NCBI GenBank assembly: GCA_025603075.1
Contig: MU626322.1
Span: 1-64,000 of the forward strand
Direction of reading: 5' to 3'
DNA from: Neoconidiobolus thromboides FSU 785
Lineage: Eukaryota; Fungi; Entomophthoromycota
DNA length: 64,000 nt
The notes below the pieces were generated by a model. That model was given only the letters and a program-made list of their open reading frames with translations. It was not told the origin of the DNA and made no database searches. The position numbers and the translations under genes were made by a program. Positions 12,226-24,294 of this stretch are shown in pieces; position 1 is the first letter of the stretch, and the number at the start of each line of letters is the position of its first letter.

Positions 12226-15200
12226 ATGTCCAATATATTTGTATGTGTACGATGTCGACCATTAAATACACGAGGTAACTTTTTTTCTTTTCCCTCCTTT
12301 TCTCCAACAAGCCTGATTTGTATTCCTAGAAAAAACCCGTGGCGCCATTGGCTTAATTCGAATGGAAGGTAATCAAACGATAATTGATCGGCCAGTATCC
12401 TCTAAAGAAGAAAAAAATCCGATAATAAAAGAAGAAAATCAACCCAAAACATTTGCATTTGATAGAAGTTATTGGTCAGCATCAACACCAAGCGATCCCA
12501 ATTATGCTTCTCAAAAAATGGTATTTAATGATATTGGTAAAAGTATGTTGGATCACGCGTTCAATGGTTATAATACTTGTATTTTTGCTTGTAAGTAAAT
12601 TTTTTGTTGAAGAGGATAATTTATTGATTCATTGATTTTTAGATGGTCAAACGGGTAGTGGTAAATCCTATTCGATGGTAATAAAAAACTTAATCGTATA
12701 AATCTCACTCAACTTATCAACTATGATATTAGGTAGGCTATGGCGAAGATAAAGGTATCATCCCCCTAACATGCATTGAATTATTTGACCGCATCAACTC
12801 GAATAGCGACATTAATCTATCTTTTAACGTCGAAGTCTCCTATATGGAAATTTATTGCGAACGTGTTAGGGATTTATTAAATCCAAAAAATAAAGGTAAT
12901 TTAAGAGTAAGAGAGCATCCAGCATTAGGTCCCTATGTAGAGGATTTGAGTAAGATGGTAGTTAAATCTTATAAAGATATTGAAGATTTAATGGATGAAG
13001 GTAATAAGGTAACATAATGAACTTTCGGTTTATGATGATAATTTTTAATAAATAAAATAAATTATAGGCTCGTACAGTTGCCTCGACTAATATGAATGCA
13101 ACGTCATCGAGATCCCATGCAGTTTTTACAATTATATTGACACAGGCGAGGTTTGATCCAGACGCTCAAATGGCTACAGAGAAAGTATCAAGGATTAGGT
13201 AAGTTAGTTTAAAATCCAATCATACTTCATTTATAAATCGGCTCAATATCTTTTATTTATAAATGTCAAAATTAACATAATATCCTTTTATTAGTTTAGT
13301 TGATTTAGCTGGTAGTGAAAGAGCAAATTCCACTGGAGCTAGTGGACAAAGATTGAAAGAAGGAGCAAACATTAACAAATCATTGACAACATTAGGTAAA
13401 GTTATATCTGCTTTAGCGGACCAAGCTGCTATGCCAATAAAAAAAGGAAAGAAAAAAGAAGATTTTTTTATTCCTTATAGGGATTCGGTGAGTATTACTA
13501 TATATATATTAAAAAGGCCTATATATCTTTAATTTAATAAATTACTAATTCAAGAACTATTAGGTATTGACCTGGTTACTTAAAGACTCTCTCGGTGGAA
13601 ATTCAAAAACCATCATGTTAGCAGCTATTTCACCAGCTGATTATGAAGAAACTTTATCAACATTGAGATACGCTGATCGTGCTAAAAGAATCGTCAATAA
13701 AGCTGTGGTTAATGAAGATCCAAATGCTAAAGTTATTAGAGAGCTGAAACAAGAATTAGATTTATTAAGATCAAGATTAGCAGTTTATAATCCTGAAGAA
13801 GCGTATTCGAGTACTGGAGGGGGGGTTGCAGGAGGGAATGTTGGAGCGAAAGCTGGTCTTATTATGAAGCCAGATGGTACCACCCAAACAGCAGCAGAGA
13901 TTAAAGATCAATTAGAAGTTAGTGAAAAATTAATGAAAGAATTAAATCAAACATGGGAAGAAAAATTAATCCAAACACAATCAATACAAGCAGATCGTGA
14001 AAAAGCATTAGAAGAATTAGGTATAACAATTGAAAAAAATGATGTTGGTGTTCATTCACCAAAAAGAACCCCTCATTTAGTGAATTTAAATGAAGATCCA
14101 TTGATGTCAGAATGTTTGATTTATAGTTTGAAATTAGGTATTACTAAAGTTGGATTAATGGAATCAGAAGAAGAAAGAGATGTAGAAATTAAATTAAGTG
14201 GTACAAGTATATTACCTAATCATTGTTATTTTGAAAATATAAATTCAACAGTGACAATTTATCCTACTAAAGGTAGTATGACTTTAGTCAACGGTAGGCA
14301 AGTTACTGAACCTAAAAGATTGAGATCAGGATATCGAGTTATATTGGGAGATAACCATGTTTTTAGGTTCAATAATCCAGAAGAAGTCAGAAGAGAAAGA
14401 ACAAAGACGAGATTATCAGTTAGTGTAACTAATGGGGATTTGGGGGAATATTCAGAAGCCAGTTCTCAATCTCCAATGGAAAGACCAGATTCTAGAGCAT
14501 CTACCATAACAAGTGATGTAATTGATTGGAATTATGCCTGGAGAGAAGTCAATGGGAACACAACAGAAAGTGTATTAAGTGATAATAGTTTAGAAAATAA
14601 CTTATCATATAGGCATTCAAGAAAACCAACGAATAGTTCATTTGAATATCGACCACCCAGTTCTTCTACAAGATCTCCAGAAACAGCTGAGTTGGAAATG
14701 AAGTTAAAACAAAATCAACTTGAAATGGAACGTCAATTAATTGAACAAAGGAAACAATACGAAGAAACATTTAAAAAGTTAGTTGAATCTAAAATTGAAG
14801 GAAATATAATAGTACCTAGAATTTATACAGAAAAAGAAAAAACATTAATTAATAAGTTTCTTAATAATTTAAAGAAAAGAACGTTTGTTACTATGGCAGA
14901 AACTATACTAATGAATGCTATTACATTGAAAGAAGCGAATATAATTGCGAAGGAATTAAAAAAGAATGTTAGTTATCAATTTATAGTTATTAATGAATTA
15001 TCAACAATAAACTGTCATTCATTTTGGGAAGATAAATCTCAATTAGAAGAATTAGATAGTAATGAAGATGATATGTTATTAAGCAATAAAACACCTTTTA
15101 TTGCAATCCAATTAATTGATAGAAATAATCAAATGAGTTATATTTGGTCAATTGATAAATTAAAACAAAAATTGATTCGAATGAGAAATTTATATAATTT

Positions 15201-17328
15201 AATGGACAGGCCATTATACCATCAACATTTTAATCTCCAGGATCCATTCGTGGAGAGCTTAGTAACGAAGTATAGCTTAATTGGTTTAGCATATGTTAAT
15301 CTAGCAAATTTGATGTATAATTTAAAGCAAACATTTAACACTCCTATTATTAATCATTTGGATGGTAAAGTTTATGGGGAATTTAAAGTTACAATTAATC
15401 CTTTAGCAATTGTTAATAATAATAATAATAACAATAATAATAATAATGTACTAAGTGTTGGAGATCAATTAATATTTGAAATTATAATGGAAGAATTAAA
15501 TAATATTAGTGAAGACTTATATACACAAGTACATGTACAATTTCGATTATCTTCTTTTAATACAATAATACCATATTCAATAAGTGATCAATTATTTGCT
15601 ACAGATCCAATAAGTAATTTCAATAATAAAACAATGCAAATCCAATATCGACATACAATAACAATTAATATAACTAATGAATTTATTAACAATATACAAT
15701 TACAACCAATGAAATTTGAAATATATGGTAAACCTAGTTTAATTACAATTAATAAATGGGACCATATTAATCAACAACAGAATGAAATTGATCCCAATCA
15801 ACAAATAAATTTAATTGGTGCTCCTAATGGATTCAATCCTAAAATAAAAGAAAGGAGACCTGAAGATGAATTAATATTAAAAGAGACTCATGATTTATTG
15901 GCAAAAATTCAAATATCTGAATTAAATCCAAATGGGCAATATGTAAATGCTGAAATACAAGCTACAAATCCTACAGATAATGGTGTATTTTTATTAAGAC
16001 AAGGGTTACAAAGAAGAATCTTAATATCATTACAACATAATTCAGGAAAACAATTTCAAATTGATAAAATTATTAAAATAGTTATAGGTAGAATAAGATT
16101 AGTAGATAACAAAGGAAGATTTACTCATGATAATTTAAAAAGTCAGTCAGATATAATTGAATTAAATTTAATATTAAATACAATTAAAGAAGAGATATCT
16201 CAAGATGGATTAAATAAATATGAATTTCAAGTAAATTGGGATTCTTCATTACATAACTCAATTCATTTAAATAAAAATACAATAGCTAATCAAAGAGTTG
16301 TATTAACTTTAAACTGGCAGTTAATGTCAAATAAAGTACAAGATCCACTAACTTTTACCATTGATTTACCACTTATAATTACTTCAAGGACATCTTCTGT
16401 ATCAAAATCATTATTTTCATTTATGACTAATTCAACACGATTATTAAGTAATATCTCTCAATTATATCAACTTATTCTTACTCCTAAAATGATACGCAAA
16501 AGGACTGAATTATGGAAATTAGATACAGCTACCTCTTATGTTAGAGGGGAAGAATATTTAGGCAATTGGAAACCTAGAGGAGTAGAATTGATATTAGAAA
16601 ACAGGAAAATACAGTTTAACATAAGGAAGAGAGTAGAGTTACAAATGTTAAGGCAAGCAAATGAATTAAGGAGGTTACAAAATGGGGGAATGGAGCTAGT
16701 AATGCCAAAGATTGATAATCCAGTACAATTAAATATGATTAACAATTGGTGGTTAGGGATGATTAATAAAAAAGAAGAGATAGAAGGGATGGAGGAAGAT
16801 ATTAAAGAGGAACCAGAGAGTAAAGTGGAAAATGGGGAGGGGGGTATAATAGGGAGTAATAAAGCAGAAAAAGTTAAAAAAGATAATGTGTCAATAAGTT
16901 CTGATAAAACAGCAAACTCAATGACTAGTGAGAATAAAAATCTAGACATCCTTAATTCGCAGAAGGTTCCTGACCAGCCTGTTAAAATGATGGGAGAACT
17001 TAAACTTATCCCTAAGAGTACCACTATTACACGAAAAGGATACCTATTAACACCAATTGATCTAACACTATGGGAAAGACGATGGATAGTTATAAAAAGA
17101 CCATTTATGTACTTATATAAAGATAGTTATGAATTAGAAGAATTATTGGTGTTTGATTTAACTTCCACTAGAGTAGATTACAATAAAGATTTGGAAAAGT
17201 TAGTTGGAAGAGAAGGTGTGTTTGCATTGTATACTAAAAATAATTCATATATGTTTCAAGCAGAAGGGGAGGGAGAGTTAATGAAATGGTTGAAATGTAT
17301 TGATCAATGGTATCAAGGGGAAGAGTAA
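12226..17328 (+). CDS. unc-104: Kinesin-3 (Unc104/KIF1A-like) motor with FHA, DUF3694-like and C-terminal PH domains
   Basis: ATG at 12226 ([12 protein letters not shown]). Spliced motor motifs [19 protein letters not shown] and LVDLAGSER. Neck [18 protein letters not shown] (HLVNLNEDP) and PH ([12 protein letters not shown]). Large last exon 13566-17328. Confidence 0.97.
15415..15447 (+). repeat. (AAT)n microsatellite encoding poly-Asn in the kinesin
   Basis: 11 consecutive Asn codons. Confidence 0.9.
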
Positions 17329-17838
17329 AGTGAAGGTAACAAGGAGGGTAGAGAGAGGGAAAGTGTGGATGAGGATAGTAGCGGACATGGAAAAACATTT
17401 TTAATTGATGGATTTTTTTAGTAATAAAATAGTTTGGTTTTTTTGTACACAAAATTTCAAACTGTAACTAAGATATTTATGATGATTTAAAGTTAGAATA
17501 TTAAATGATAAGAGAATTAATAAATTCAAATAAGTTATAACTTTACGAATTTAACAATTAATACAAAATGTTATATTATATTTATTTTAATAGAAGTTAA
17601 ATTTTACAAATGAAAAAGGTTTGGTTTAAAAAGAAATTCTAGAGATCAAATTGTTTAGTTAAAATTAAAATTAATATTACATAATTGTAAAACAATATAC
17701 CAATGTAATTTATTATATTTTGATATAAATATTGCCTTATTTAATAATAATTATGAATAATAAAGGATAAGATTAAGAGATAGAAATATAAGCATCACCA
17801 AAAGCCTTTCTACTATAAAGTATAGATTTATTTAATGC

Positions 17839-18150
17839 TTAACTCTTACTTTGATGCTGATCCAAATACCCTTTCATTTTTTCTAATACTTCATTCGCAG
17901 TGATACCCCTATTATTATCTTTGTTTCCGTTATCTCCATTACTAGTTTGAGAACTTGTTTCTTTTTGTTTAGAAGTCAATTTATTTCTTAAACTAAAAAA
18001 ATTTCGTTTGATATTATAAATAAATTCTCGTACATGAATCGATTTTCTTTGTAACTGGTGAGTTGAAACATTATTAGTATTAGGGGTATTAGTGGCGAAT
18101 ACACTGGAGGTCAAAACAAATGTAGCTGCAATTAAGTCAATAAATTTCAT
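17839..18150 (-). CDS. Small secreted protein (103 aa), Cys-free, with dibasic sites
   Basis: Likely start MKFIDLIAATFVLTSSVFA (signal peptide) at 18150. RK and KR pairs flank SIHVREFIYNI. Confidence 0.65.
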   Translation of the reverse strand: MKFIDLIAATFVLTSSVFATNTPNTNNVSTHQLQRKSIHVREFIYNIKRNFFSLRNKLTSKQKETSSQTSNGDNGNKDNNRGITANEVLEKMKGYLDQHQSKS

Positions 18151-21100
18151 GCTATAAAGTAAGTAGATTGTAAAGAAGTAAAATAAATTGAATAGTATAA
18201 AGTGGATTTTTGCTACTAATTTCTCTTTTCTCCCTTTCCTTAAAATCACGGAGTAATTAATTAATTTAATTAAACAAATTCAATCCCATTACTATATTTG
18301 GTAATTTAGTTAAAAAATTCAATCTCATTGAATAATTTTGGTTATTTAGAGTTAGTTGATTTAAAAAGTTGTTAAATTCGAATAATAAAACTCTGAATGA
18401 AAAGAAATAGAAGAGAAAAGGGAAAGAGGATATTAAAAGGATTAAGATATTGAAATTGATAAACTAAAAAGACAGATGGACTATGAGCATTTGCTAATGC
18501 TGCTACTTTGAAAATTTAAAACAAAATTGGATTTTCAATTTATGTTAAGCAATGGCTTAGATGCTGCTAAATATTTATACTATAGTTTTATTAAAATTTT
18601 CTATTATTCTGAAGATTAATAATTATACAGTATTATAATTTTTATATATAATTTAAAATAATACTTTATTTTATTTTTTTATAATATTTTTTTAGATTAG
18701 TTTTAGTGCATTGAATCAAAAAAAGATACTTAGCATTAATTTTAATAATCATAATATTTTCTTAGAATTAAAAAAATAACTTTAATTTTAATTTTTTGAC
18801 TTTAAAATAAATTAAAATAAGATCAAAAAAAAACTAATAAATTGAATCTTTATAATAAATTGAATCTTTATAATAAATTTAATAATTATATAAATCAAAA
18901 AAGTCATCATATAATAATAAATTTGGATAATAAAGATTCTTATTTTTTTAAACTTTAATTAAATGTTTTTCTAAATTTTAAACTACTTAAAAATAGATCA
19001 AAATTAAAATTATAAATACCTATTTTAAGTTCAGCTATTAAATGTAATATAATGTAATTTCTTAAGCCAGTACTTTTTTTGAATTACTCTATAATAATAG
19101 CTATAAAAGTTATTAAAGAACTTCTCTACTTTAAAACTACTTTTTTCAATTATTAGCTATTAAATTTTCAATGAATATTAGTTCAATTAACTAACTCAAC
19201 CCAATTCATTAGTATTTATAAAAAATAGGCATTTTTATGATATAAGACATAAGTCAATATAAAATATTATAAGAGTAAATACTATGATGATTTTATTCAA
19301 CAAATAAACACATTGTATTTTGTTAATAGTTTTTATTATTAGGAATAGTGGGCTTGTCTTGAACAAATATTAAGCATAGTAACTCAATTACAACAAAAAA
19401 CAGCTTATATAACTACTTAATTGTAAGTGAGTTTTTATAAAAAATTATGTTTAGAAATGCATGTAAAACTTCTGTATAATATAATATCAAATAAAAATAG
19501 ATGTATAAGCTATGAAGACTTTTGAACTATTATTTTGATTTATAATTAGCTTTAATTATTAAAGCTTACGATTATTAACAAAAAATATTATATATTTTTA
19601 TCATTTATACTAAATAGCCTAAATCAATTTAAATATATTATAATTAAATACTTTATTTTGAATATAATTAATAATAAAAATGATAAAAGGTTTAAAACTT
19701 AGATTTTAATATTCCATTTATTTTTTCAAGTAAACTAAAATTATAATACTCATTAATCTAAGATTAAAAGTACTGATATTAAATCAATTTATTGATTTAG
19801 TAACTTTTATACTACGTTTTTGGATATATATATATATATTTAGTAGATAAATAAAAATAATAAACGGTATATTAAAAGTACACAGCATATTGATGATTTA
19901 AGATTATCATACAATTAATCAAATATAAGGTTTAATTTGTATTAATATAGCTAAAGCCTCTTAGAATAATATAAAATCAATAGTTAGGAAGGTAATTTTA
20001 AAAACCTTAAAGTGTCATGCGACACAACTGATAATAATATTAAGGTTCAGAATATTGAAACAAAATTACTATTTTTAACTTGTTTTTTAATTTTACATTA
20101 TTATAAAAAAGCCGAAATTACTAGTGTAAATAAACCTTATGGTAAAAGGGCTAGTACTTTTTATTAGCCTAATTTCAGATATACAATATAGTTGGATAAA
20201 ATTTCTACTGTATTTTTATAATGCATTGATGTTTTTGATAACAATAATTCTTATTTAATAAAATAGTTATCAGATAATAAAATAAATGCCTATATTAGTA
20301 TATTAATATATTACAAAAGATTCCTTAATAAGCGAAATTCGCAATTATAAAATTGGAAATTTACATGATTAAAGTTTGGATTTATATAGATGATAAAATC
20401 CTAAGCTTTCAATGGTGTTATATTAAATTTTTTAATTTAACTATTCAATTATCTTCGCTTTTTTAGTAAAATAATAACTAGTAGAAGACGAAAATCAAGT
20501 TGATTTTGCTTAATTAAAGATGATTTCACGAAAACAACTATTTTTTTATTAAATCAACTAATTTTATAAATTTAGTCATATTGTGTAGATTTAATAATTG
20601 CAAAATGTTGGACTTGGAAATTCGTATTCAAAGCGAATTTCTATATTTATATTGTCTAGAAAAATAATAACGCAACTAGGAATAGAATTTGAAATTTAAG
20701 CTCATTCATTCTTAAAAAATACTTGAATTAGCTTTTACTAATACTTGAAAATCCACTACGTATTACAGGTCTTATATATCTAATTCCTGCAAAAAAAAAC
20801 TCCCTTACTAATTCTAAAGATTAAGTTACCTAGAATATACATTTCTTTTCTTCTTTTATGCGATGAGCCTAATTGAAACTTTTTAGTATCACATATAGAA
20901 ACTTTTTAATATTTCAATTTTATAAAATATCGCTCCTTCCTATTTTTATTAAATTCCAATAGTGCTTCTGAGATTAAATTATGGCTTAGAGATATTATAC
21001 TGGTTTTTTTTTAAAACAAATAAATTTAAAAACTTCACAAATTGTAGTAGACATCTTATATATATTTACTGCTTTATATCAAAGTTTTTGTTATTGACTT

Positions 21101-23472
21101 AGGTTATGATATAATATAACATATCATTTTTCTACAATAAAGGCTACGATTAACTTTAAATAATTCAAACCTTGGTAATTGAAAATTTAAATGGAGTTAG
21201 TTCGGAGAAAATATTAGCTTTTTACTATTTTTATAAAGGATAGTAATGGGTGGAAAATACGTCTTAATTAATAAAGTGTAAAAAAGGTTAAAGTCATTGT
21301 TATTATATTCTCGCTCTTTCGAGCTTCAAACTAGGTTCATAGGCATATTTATGTAAATTAAAAAATGCTACATAAAAGAAATAGAGCAATATATTGATAT
21401 TAAGTGGAATTAATATAAGATTTCTAAAAGTTATTATCTTTAAGTTTAATAAATAATTACTTATATTAATCAGTTTGATTTTTATGAAAATTATTAATTC
21501 TAAAGGCGGGTTATTGTTAATAATACCTAAACTCCATATTAAAATCAAACGTTTTTATGAAACTACTTTTTGAACGTTTATGTTACCCAACTTTTTTAAT
21601 AGTAATAGGTCTTGAGATTCTCTTCTATTCTCTTCTATTCTCATAAAGGTACCAAGAACTCAAATAAAATAACAATTCATTCTACATTAGTGGTATGATT
21701 GATGTAAAAAAGCGTAAGTTATAAAAGTTTTATCTTAAGCTGCTACTAGTTATTTGCTTTATTTTTAGAGCTGGTGTTTAATTTAACTATTTTCGTAACA
21801 TACTAAATTTGTCGATACCAACAGTTATTAAAGCTCAATTGTATAATATTTAACTGCTTATTGAAGAATAAAACTTCAGCTATAAATGCTATTAAAGCTT
21901 AAGGATTAGGCTTTAAAAAAAATAAGCAAACAAATAATAGCCGAAGAAATTTTATGAGGAATTCCATAATTGAATTTTAAAAGATATAATCTTAAAATCA
22001 AAGTCAAAATCTCACATTGTAAATCTAGACAAAGTTTTTTTTAACAATGGTTTTATTATTAAAATGTATTAATTCGCTATGTATAACTATAAAATAATAT
22101 TTGAACTAACTCAATTTAGTTTATTTTTCCTAGCGAGATAGGTATTATTAATAATAAGCTATGGTACAAAATCTAGAATTAATCTAGATAGTAAGCGTAG
22201 ACCTTCAATCTAAATATTATAAAAAAATATAAAAGAACTTTTATAATAAATTAACTCTAATTTACTTTTATAGTTACTTCTTAATGTTATTTTACTTGTA
22301 CTTTCTATTTTTATTCTTTTAACATTATTTATTTCCCCGCATACTAACTATTTAGTCAATTACTATTTAGCCTAAATACTAAATCTTTGGTTATGTCTAG
22401 ACTTTTACTATATGCTGATCACTATATTGATACTTTGAAAGCTTTATTAATAAATAGTCTCGACCCTTGGCTTTTAGGCTAATCTCAAATTAATAGTCTT
22501 TAAATATTATTTTTCTGATTAAAAACTAGGTTTTATTATTCGGTCTAGACGTTATTTTTTTATTAAATCTATTGATGTATTAGACATCAATGTTTATTCA
22601 TAATTTGGTTTATTAACAATAGTAACTTAGTATTACATATCCTTAAAAAATACTCTAATAAACTATGTCTTAGTAATTTAATTAAAAAATGAACAAATAA
22701 TACTAATACATAGCTTATGGCGTAGTTTTAATTAATAATTTAATAGTTTACAGTTTTCTTTGCTGTATATTGTTTGATTTACAAAACTAAAGTTATCTAA
22801 ACAATAATTTGAGAGTGAATTCATTAATAAGTTATAATTTACATAAATTCCGACTTTCTATTAGATTTACCTTATTATTATAATTTATATTATCTTACAT
22901 CCATACAACTATTAATTAGTTGATATTTAATTTACAATTTTTAAATTGGTTTTGTTTGATTTTTGAACTTTTGTACTCGGAATTCTCTTTGTTTTACAAT
23001 TGAGTCACTTTAGATGTTGATATCAAATAGCAATTTAATAAATAGAATTCTATATTTGATAATATTTTTGAAAATTACAAATTTTATTACTTTAGTTCTA
23101 TTTAAACACTATAACACATACTCTACGATAGAAAAATACAACTTATTTCATTCTCAATCTATTCCCTTAAGTTGATTTTAAGGAGTTTGTAGAACAAATT
23201 TCTACTTTAGAATCCTTGATTTATAATGATTTTTCTTGGAAAAAAACTTAAATTAAATTTGTATTTAACATGTTTTAAGAAAATGAGGGATAGAAGAATG
23301 AATGATATTTTAATCTCACATTTAAGTTAGTTATCTAGATATTCGAACTAAACTTAAACAATAAAATAATAATACAAAAGTATAAAATTTGAATTACAGA
23401 AAAGTTACATTTATTTAATAGATAACAAGAGATAAATAAAGAATATGAACAATAATGATAGGAGAGAAGGGA

Positions 23473-24294
23473 TTAGTTAAAGGTTAGATTCATAAGGGAT
23501 AAACCTAATTCTCGATTCATCATGAGATCTAACTCTCTTTCATTATTAAAGAAGGAATTCATTATACAGGTCAAATTTTCTAACTCTTTAGCAATAATAT
23601 CAGTAGAATACAAGTTAATATACTCCTCCTGGAGATGAGGTAAATTTTTGGTGGTGACAATAAACAAACAGTTTAACAAAAATTTAAAGGAGGTAGTATA
23701 CATTGGGCTAGTTAAAAACATGATAAATCGGTTATAATCAATTAAAAGGTTTTGATCATGTAAGAAATAAAAATAGTTTAAAACAATATTCACTTGGGAT
23801 GGAGTTAAGCAAACAATAGTACCATTATTATATAATCTTTGAATATAATTCGAGATTTCTTTTCCATCACCATTTAACAATGGAGTTATCATTTCACTGC
23901 TTGGAGTAACCGAACTTGATAACCCTGAGCCGAGATCAACCTGGAAACTGCTTGGAGGAGAAGGCAAACTAAGGTGCAAATATTGTGATTTATTTTGCTC
24001 TACTTTAAATTGTTGTTCACCAATATTAATCAAGGAAGGTTTTTTTGGTTTAGGACCACGTTTGAAAGATGGAGCTTCATAGGTACAAAGTTTATTACGA
24101 GAATTACAAAGCTGGCAAGCATTTCCTTCCGCAAGACAACGAGTCTTTCTCTTTCTACATTCATCGCAAGCTCGACTTATTCTTCTTGCAATTGTTCGAT
24201 AACCAATGTTATTTGGGTCATTGGAAACTTTATTCATTTCTTGATCTAAATTGTTTTGGGCTTCGACTTTAAAGCAATAAATCTTTGATTTCAT
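23473..24294 (-). CDS. Zn(II)2Cys6 transcription factor with a short or truncated middle domain (up to 273 aa)
   Basis: Canonical ACDECRKRKTRC-x6-CQLC-x6-CTY cluster, a KRGPKPK linker, then the beginning of a fungal_trans-like region. Confidence 0.9.
   Translation of the reverse strand: MKSKIYCFKVEAQNNLDQEMNKVSNDPNNIGYRTIARRISRACDECRKRKTRCLAEGNACQLCNSRNKLCTYEAPSFKRGPKPKKPSLINIGEQQFKVEQNKSQYLHLSLPSPPSSFQVDLGSGLSSSVTPSSEMITPLLNGDGKEISNYIQRLYNNGTIVCLTPSQVNIVLNYFYFLHDQNLLIDYNRFIMFLTSPMYTTSFKFLLNCLFIVTTKNLPHLQEEYINLYSTDIIAKELENLTCIMNSFFNNERELDLMMNRELGLSLMNLTFN

Noticed and set aside
16536-17024. 162-aa minus-strand ORF, and similar ORFs at 13919, 23995, 34158, 41076, 49059, 52489 and 58581
   Set aside because: These are antisense shadows of real genes on the opposite strand.
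18841-18876. 18-bp tandem duplication. Also a 9-bp x3 repeat at ~47133-47160 and (TA)n at ~19826
   Set aside because: Ordinary slippage repeats in AT-rich or intronic DNA.
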